Source of the DNA: Tubiluchus corallicola
Taxonomy: Eukaryota > Animalia > Priapulida
NCBI GenBank assembly: GCA_030141605.1
Contig: JAQGDQ010000062.1
Location: forward strand, 186,001-250,000
Length of the DNA: 64,000 bases
Reading direction: 5' to 3'
Shown in pieces: positions 58,280 to 64,000 of the stretch (position 1 is the first letter of the stretch; every line of letters begins with the position of its first letter). The translations under genes and the position numbers were made by a program. A model generated the notes under the pieces. The model was not told the origin of the DNA. It saw only the letters and a list, made by a program, of their open reading frames with translations, and made no database searches.

Positions 58280-61200
58280 AGTCTTAGACCACTAGGCCAC
58301 TCTAGTGATTAAGGCAGCCCAAAGTGCATCCCTTATTACTGACTAATTCAGCACGTCAGATATTAAATCGCTCACACTAAAAGTAATTTGTGTGAAAAGT
58401 CTAACACTGAAAATACTGAATTTAATTTGGCAGCTATAACGGATGTTCTTTGAACGCGTTGATCACTGGGAAAAATGGTGGCTTAGTGATCAAAGCTTCA
58501 GATTTGCTAATAAAGAAAGGGTGAAGGTCATGGTATAATGAAGTAATTGAGACTGCAAAAAATATACCATAGATGCTAATAAAGAAAGGGTGAAGGTCAT
58601 GAAAAAGTCTGAATGGAAGAAAGAAATAAGGAATAAGATTGAATGTTTTATAAAGAGTGAATGTGCAGAAAAATGCAGGAGCAGCACTAAATTAAGATTT
58701 TTAAGGCATTCCGAGTGGAAACGACAAAATTACATAGACACATGCAAGCCAGAAGAGGTTAAAGATATATTGAAAATAAGACTGAATATGATTAAAGTTA
58801 AAGGGAACTACAAGAATGAGTTTAAGGATCAGTTATTATGCCCAGTGTGTGACGAAGATGATGACACTACTGAACATATGCTTAGATGTTATAGATATGG
58901 AGAATGAAAAAAATTTTGAACTCAGATGTATTAATGAACAGTGAAAAGGAAGGATTGCTAGAAATTAGAAATCTAGTGAACGAATGTATGGAATACAGGA
59001 TAAAGACAAATAAAGACATTAAACTTGGAAAAGACAAATAAAAGAAGAATAGACTTTGCACCCTATAAAGGTGCCCGCCTCTGATAGGTAGAGAGAGTCG
59101 AGTATCGCAATCGCAATCGCAGATTTGTAAGCAGAGGGTCACTAATTTAAATACAGGTTGTATTCCAACTTTTTCGCATTTCCCTTTTTTCAAATCTTTC
59201 AAGATTTGGAATCAAAATTTAGTCACTTATGGATTTGTACCATCATTAATACAAATTTTGACATTAAGATTACAATGATTAATTGACTGCTCATGGAAAT
59301 TATAGGCTCAGAAATCGATTTTGTACAAAATATTTTCCGATGCTAGTATCAACTACTAAATACTTCCGCTAGTATCAATTAATTTTTGCTTTAAACGAAA
59401 TCTAAAACTTACCACTTGGAGTAGGCCATGTTTTTGTTAATGCAGTGTAGTATTGACTTTTACCTGATGGGAAAGTTCGTCAATTTTTATATTTCTGTTT
59501 CACAAAAAGTCATTATTGGCTCTAAATTGATTAATTTTCTACTTTTCCGCCGAACAGTTTTTCTCCTCTACTCTCCTCTCCTCCGTCCCTTTGTTCTCCT
59601 CCCCTCCCACCACCTCCTCTCCCCTCCCCTTCTCTCCTTTCCTCTCCTCTCTCTTCTCTTCTTTCTTCTCCTCTCCCCTTCCCTGAAATATAGGAACTGA
59701 TTGTTTATTAGTTCCTGTCAAGTGGCTACCGATTGTCTGTCTCACAAAATGGTAACTATAAATACAAGAAAGTTCGGGATTCGCAGTTCCTCTTTTTCTA
59801 GAACCTGTTGGTTCGCCTTTGTATGCTAATTTATAGTAGTGAATTTTATCTCTCTTTCTCTGGATGCTCTCTTTTGTCTCACTCACCCTTCCATTTCAGG
59901 TGACATAAAACTACGCATTTTTACAGTAGCAACTGAGAAAACTGAAGGACTAGCGAGATTCATGAGGTCAGCCAAAGTTGTAGGACTGGATTCTTTAATT
60001 ACGGTAATTTGATAACCCATTTTCAATTACTGTTCGAAAACTAAAATAGTCGAAATATTACCGTTACAAAAATGCGTCGTAAGCGATTCGCAAGACTGGA
60101 CAGTGAGCCTGTAACATAAAGGACGGGCACTCCTTTCCTGATCATCACTGTGACATTGGGATTTGAAGCCTAATACGGCTTCTTTACATTCAGAATTAAC
60201 ACTGTAACTGACGCTGTTTTGTCAAGCTAAAATTAAGTTTCACAAAGTTTCTACCAATACATGATTAGAGATTATTCACAGACTTGGTATCTATGGTATT
60301 GTATTTTTTAAACGGTAATATATAGGGTACTTAAATATACAGCACACTGCATTTATTTTATCTTTGTTGTTCTCGATGATTGATTTTGGTAATGCATTTT
60401 TGAACTATAGTTTTTTTCTGGTTACCCAATTTGTCTCGAATTATGTAGAATTATAGTCAATAAACTAACTAACTATCTAACTAGGAGCAACTTATGGTAT
60501 AGCGATCAGTATTCTGGTTGTTGAATTTCTGGATGTACTTATCCTGCAAGCATGCACTTTGATCACAACATTACTAATGAACACAATTATGATAAAGCCA
60601 TTCATAAAGGAATATCTGAATCATGGCACGACGCATTGACATTAAAAGGGCTCTGACTTTCGACTACTGTATTAGCAGTGTGTCACCGCATTAATACTTA
60701 CGACAGGTTTGTCGTCACTGAATTAATAATCATAATCATTTAGTCGCATGCATGTAATTACTACTGATTGTTAAAATCTTATCAAATGTTTTCTCTTTTT
60801 TTGAGTTACAACCGGGCTGAAAGTGAACGAGGCACAGTTTACATAGTTCTTGCGATTGTAGAGGAAAGATTCACACACATTCAGTGTGGCTAAGACACCT
60901 TTGCCGGTTATTTAAATGCTCATTTATTTATTTAAAACAATAAAAGTTTATCTCTAAAAGTAAAAGGTAAACGAAAATAAAAATGCATAATGTCAAAATA
61001 AAAATTATATGCATAAGCCTACATAGAAATTACATGACATACTTGCAAAGATTACGGTGAAGAACATCAAAAGAGGTTCAGTGACGTAACTTAGAGGGAT
61101 ATCATAATGAACTAGGGTCCGGTTTCGCCACACCCATTGCATTGGCCATGCAGTCGAGCGAAAGATTCCGGCATGCAGGTTGTCGAAGCCAACTGTAGTA

Positions 61201-61325
61201 AAATCAAGTACGAATTTCATTACGACAATGTTGAATTACTTATTTTGACTCACCCCATACAAGGTACACTCTGTATATATTCCAATTCGATGAATTAATA
61301 TTTTGTTAAATGTTTACGATTATGG

Positions 61326-61357
<32 letters not shown>

Positions 61358-61371
61358 ATAATAATAATAAC

Positions 61372-61415
<44 letters not shown>

Positions 61416-61634
61416 CAACAACAACAACAATAATAATAATAGTAATAATAATAATACCTAATAAATTGACTCACCATTCATTTTACACTCATGTACTGTA
61501 CAGGTCGTTGGACAAAACAGTGGTGAGATATGGAACGCCATGGATAGTCCGAGTGGTATTAAAAACCAACTGCTTCGAAAAGAATTGAAGAAGTTTAAAT
61601 ATGATAAAAGCACTATTATTATGATAGTAGACAG
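57796..61634 (+). CDS. PLOD: Procollagen lysyl hydroxylase/glycosyltransferase (PLOD/LH3)-like, partial: first three coding exons; the gene presumably continues beyond the window
   Basis: Exon 57796-57862 (MSFVQTIIILVYWITLFSRTST, signal-like, phase 1; an alternative in-frame ATG lies at 57733). Exon 59900-60003 (DIKLRIFTVATEKTEGLARFMRSAK, cf. PLOD LLVITVAT.ETEGY.RFLRSA). Exon 61504-61634 (VVGQ...K..LLRKELKKFKYDKSTIIMIVDS, cf. KV..LKKE.EKY.D....IIMFVDS), ending in phase 2. Confidence 0.8.
57970..58280. repeat. Compound trinucleotide repeats (GTC/ATC/ACC/AGC/TGT)
   Basis: Directly visible; source of the poly-H/T/C ORFs. Confidence 0.93.
58575..59121 (+). mobile_element. 3' end of a LINE (zinc-knuckle fragment) in PLOD-like intron 1
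   Basis: ORF 58590-58907 contains STKLRFL, ILKIRLNMIKVKGNYKN and CPVCDEDDDTTEHMLRC (CCHC); (ATCGCA)n tail at about 59104-59121. Confidence 0.75.
60215..60375 (+). repeat. Dispersed repeat, copy 2 (copy 1 at about 9500-9672)
   Basis: Shared aaagtttctaccaatacatgattagagat core. Confidence 0.8.
61327..61456. repeat. (CTA)n/(AAT)n/(AAC)n microsatellite
   Basis: Directly visible. Confidence 0.93.
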
Positions 61635-62616
61635 GTAAGCAGCTTCAGTTGGTACCTTGAAGAAAAAATGCTCTGTTCTAAATATATGGAATTTATAATT
61701 TTGTGTATATTCGAAGCTATAATACAGATTGCAAACAAAATTGAAGATAGCAGATTAACTGTCCCTGCATAGTTTTAAGAAATGTAATAGGTCTTGTTAT
61801 TATCAATTGTTAGAATCACAGATTGAGAATTTTTTAAATATCCGACGGCTTGCAAAAAAATTACCCTCTTTTTTTGAAATAATGAATGGGTTTATGTACA
61901 ACAACACATCACACAATGTTGAGTAGACGAGCGCCTACCCGTAAGTAGTTCAGAGTGGGTATAGAACTCAGCGCAACTCCAATTATTGCCAATTTATTTA
62001 TTTTATTATTAGCATTCTTTATTTGCTAAAAGGATATACTCAAGTTTAGTACAACATTAAGATTTTGGCAAGTCCATGTTATGTAGAAAGTGAGTACCCT
62101 CATATGAGCCTACATGGCTAATATCATGGAAAAAATATTAGAATTCAGTAAATTGTTTAACGCGGGTTAAACCGGTCATAAGTAATTGTCCTATAGCTTT
62201 TTGGATGATGCTAAACATGTGGTATTGGTGGCAGCCTTGAGTGAAATGTTTGAAAAGAACATTGTTTTGGTAGTCGAAACAGTTTGAAATAAGTTAATTA
62301 GTATATTTATTGAAAGAAGCCTGCGTCTATAAAAGCCAGTTTTTTAACTGTAATTATCGCTGTTATTAACTGTAATTAACTCTGCTTGCTCGTACAGATT
62401 TTTGCAGATAAATGTGAGAACATTTGCAGAAAATTGTAACTACGAGTTGCGGACCAATTTTAACGTTTTCATTGTTTCTCGTTGGATGGCGCTGTCGAGT
62501 TAGTTACGCTGTGCGTACCAAAATGCAGAAAACGTGTCAATTTCAATGAAAGATTAAAATCCATTTACGTCTTCGAATTTCATACTTTACCGGGATTGCA
62601 GTCATTCATGTCTTAA

Positions 62617-63216
62617 AAGAAAACAGGATGATTTTTCATATATTACCCCATTTTTAAATCCGATAAAAAAGCATACATTTTAACACAATTAATACTGCAA
62701 AGCATTTCTGATTTCATATAGATTAAAAACTTAATTAATGGCGGGCGAGCTCAACTATTAATGACATCACAAACTAACATAATTTTCCAAATCAAAAGTA
62801 TTCCACTTTGCAAAGGCGAAAATTGAAGTACAGAGCTACTGTAAGATATTCAGTGTGTTTTACTAAAACTAGGCAAGTTTTAGGATAAAAATTTAAATTT
62901 CAAATTTACCGCTGTACTCACGCTTGAGTTATCGACCGTGTGTAGTTCGTCACAAACTAACACATCTGAACTGAGAGGTACCACACCTGTTTCTTGTACA
63001 ACGCGCTTCCGAAATGCAGGCGCTAGTGCCCGTCTAGCTAGCGAATGGCGAAATGTAGGTAACAGCGAAGAACTGGTGGCGCAAACGAGACATTGTGTTT
63101 GTGTGGTAATTATTCTTTCACGTAAAGTCATTTTTGAAAAAAATAGTATGTTTCCTTTCAATATTTTAAAGAGTAGATTGTTATGACCTACACTTTAAGA
63201 TTTGGTTCGGTTTTGC
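62617..63216 (+). mobile_element. Non-autonomous TTAA-target DNA transposon (Kolobok-like), copy 3
   Basis: ttaa|aagaaaacaggatgatttttcata ... ttcggttttgc|ttaa; collinear with 26319-26910. Confidence 0.85.
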
Positions 63217-64000
63217 TTAAATAGCATTTCCGCATTTGTAAGCACTAGAAATTTCTGTTTTTGAGACTACCCAATTTTTTTGAAGAGCAATCGAAAAACA
63301 TTTGGGCAAGACATCTCTGCCCAAGCTTTGAAAATGTTTGAAGTGAAATTAAGTCTGTGGAAAAGCATGGTGCAGGTAATTTACATTTAAGATAGTGATA
63401 ATGTTTTAAAACTTTCACCTTGTAAATTGTGGGCCTTCATCTGCTACATGTCTGATGGAAGAAGAAAACAAACAAAAAGAATTTAGAAAAACGTTGTATA
63501 TGGCAGCCATTGTAGTACGGAGATATTTTTAAGAGACAGGATAAATGAAAAAAAATCGTTGTAGCGGGTGCATAGGCCCTTTTTGGGTTTTATTTAGTTA
63601 CTGCCACGGTGCTGCCACCTGTTAGTTTATTTAGTAGACTTTTTACGTTTACAGTAGTCACTCTTTTAAAATTGAAGCACCTAATATCCTTGAATACATT
63701 GGCATTTTGATCTTTTGAGCGCTATAGCTGTAGTAGTTGTCTGACATTTTACCCGTCTTTTGGTTCTCTCCGCCATTGCTCTAGTGTTGCGTCTATGATG
63801 AACATTATGACTCTAAATTTCTTACAAGTTTATTGTTGTGACATCGTTGTTCTTATGGCCTTGGAGTCTTTGTAACTATTAAAGGCTCTAACAACGTAAT
63901 TCATTATTAATTAATTTCAATATAGTTTACATAATTTTTATATCAGTTTTCTTAGTTATAGTCAAACATCTAATCATGCGATGAACTCTCTTCTACTCAA

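Noticed and set aside
57864-58312. His/Cys/Thr-rich ORFs suggesting a metal-binding protein
   Set aside because: They are compound trinucleotide microsatellites in PLOD intron 1.
62197-62290. Candidate fourth PLOD exon (FLDDAKHVVLVAAL...)
   Set aside because: No resemblance to the expected YDV....P..LL.KF segment, and the splice signals are weak.

Overview
AT-rich, intron-containing animal (invertebrate-type) genomic DNA dense in microsatellites, MITEs and decayed LINEs; there is no prokaryotic content, CRISPR array or rRNA. Manual splicing gives five genes: (1) an intronless-CDS GT8 glucoside xylosyltransferase (GXYLT)-like gene (-, 11971-13185); (2) a 9-coding-exon MTAP (-, 18679-24250); (3) a 14-coding-exon TTLL4-like ATP-grasp ligase (+, 28680-48067); (4) an intronless-CDS COLGALT/GT25 gene (-, 52582-54267); (5) the first three exons of a PLOD/LH3-like gene (+, from about 57796), head-to-head with COLGALT. 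The main observation is that the TTLL4-like protein, from a normally cytosolic tubulin glutamylase family, appears to begin with a signal-peptide exon. It also has several N-glycosylation sequons and a remodelled amino-acid-donor pocket around intact ATP/metal catalytic residues. It sits among sequence-divergent secretory-pathway glycosyltransferase/hydroxylase genes, which suggests a clustered, lumenal protein-modification system. All gene models are hand-derived from splice consensus and recalled family motifs, without alignment tools or RNA evidence.
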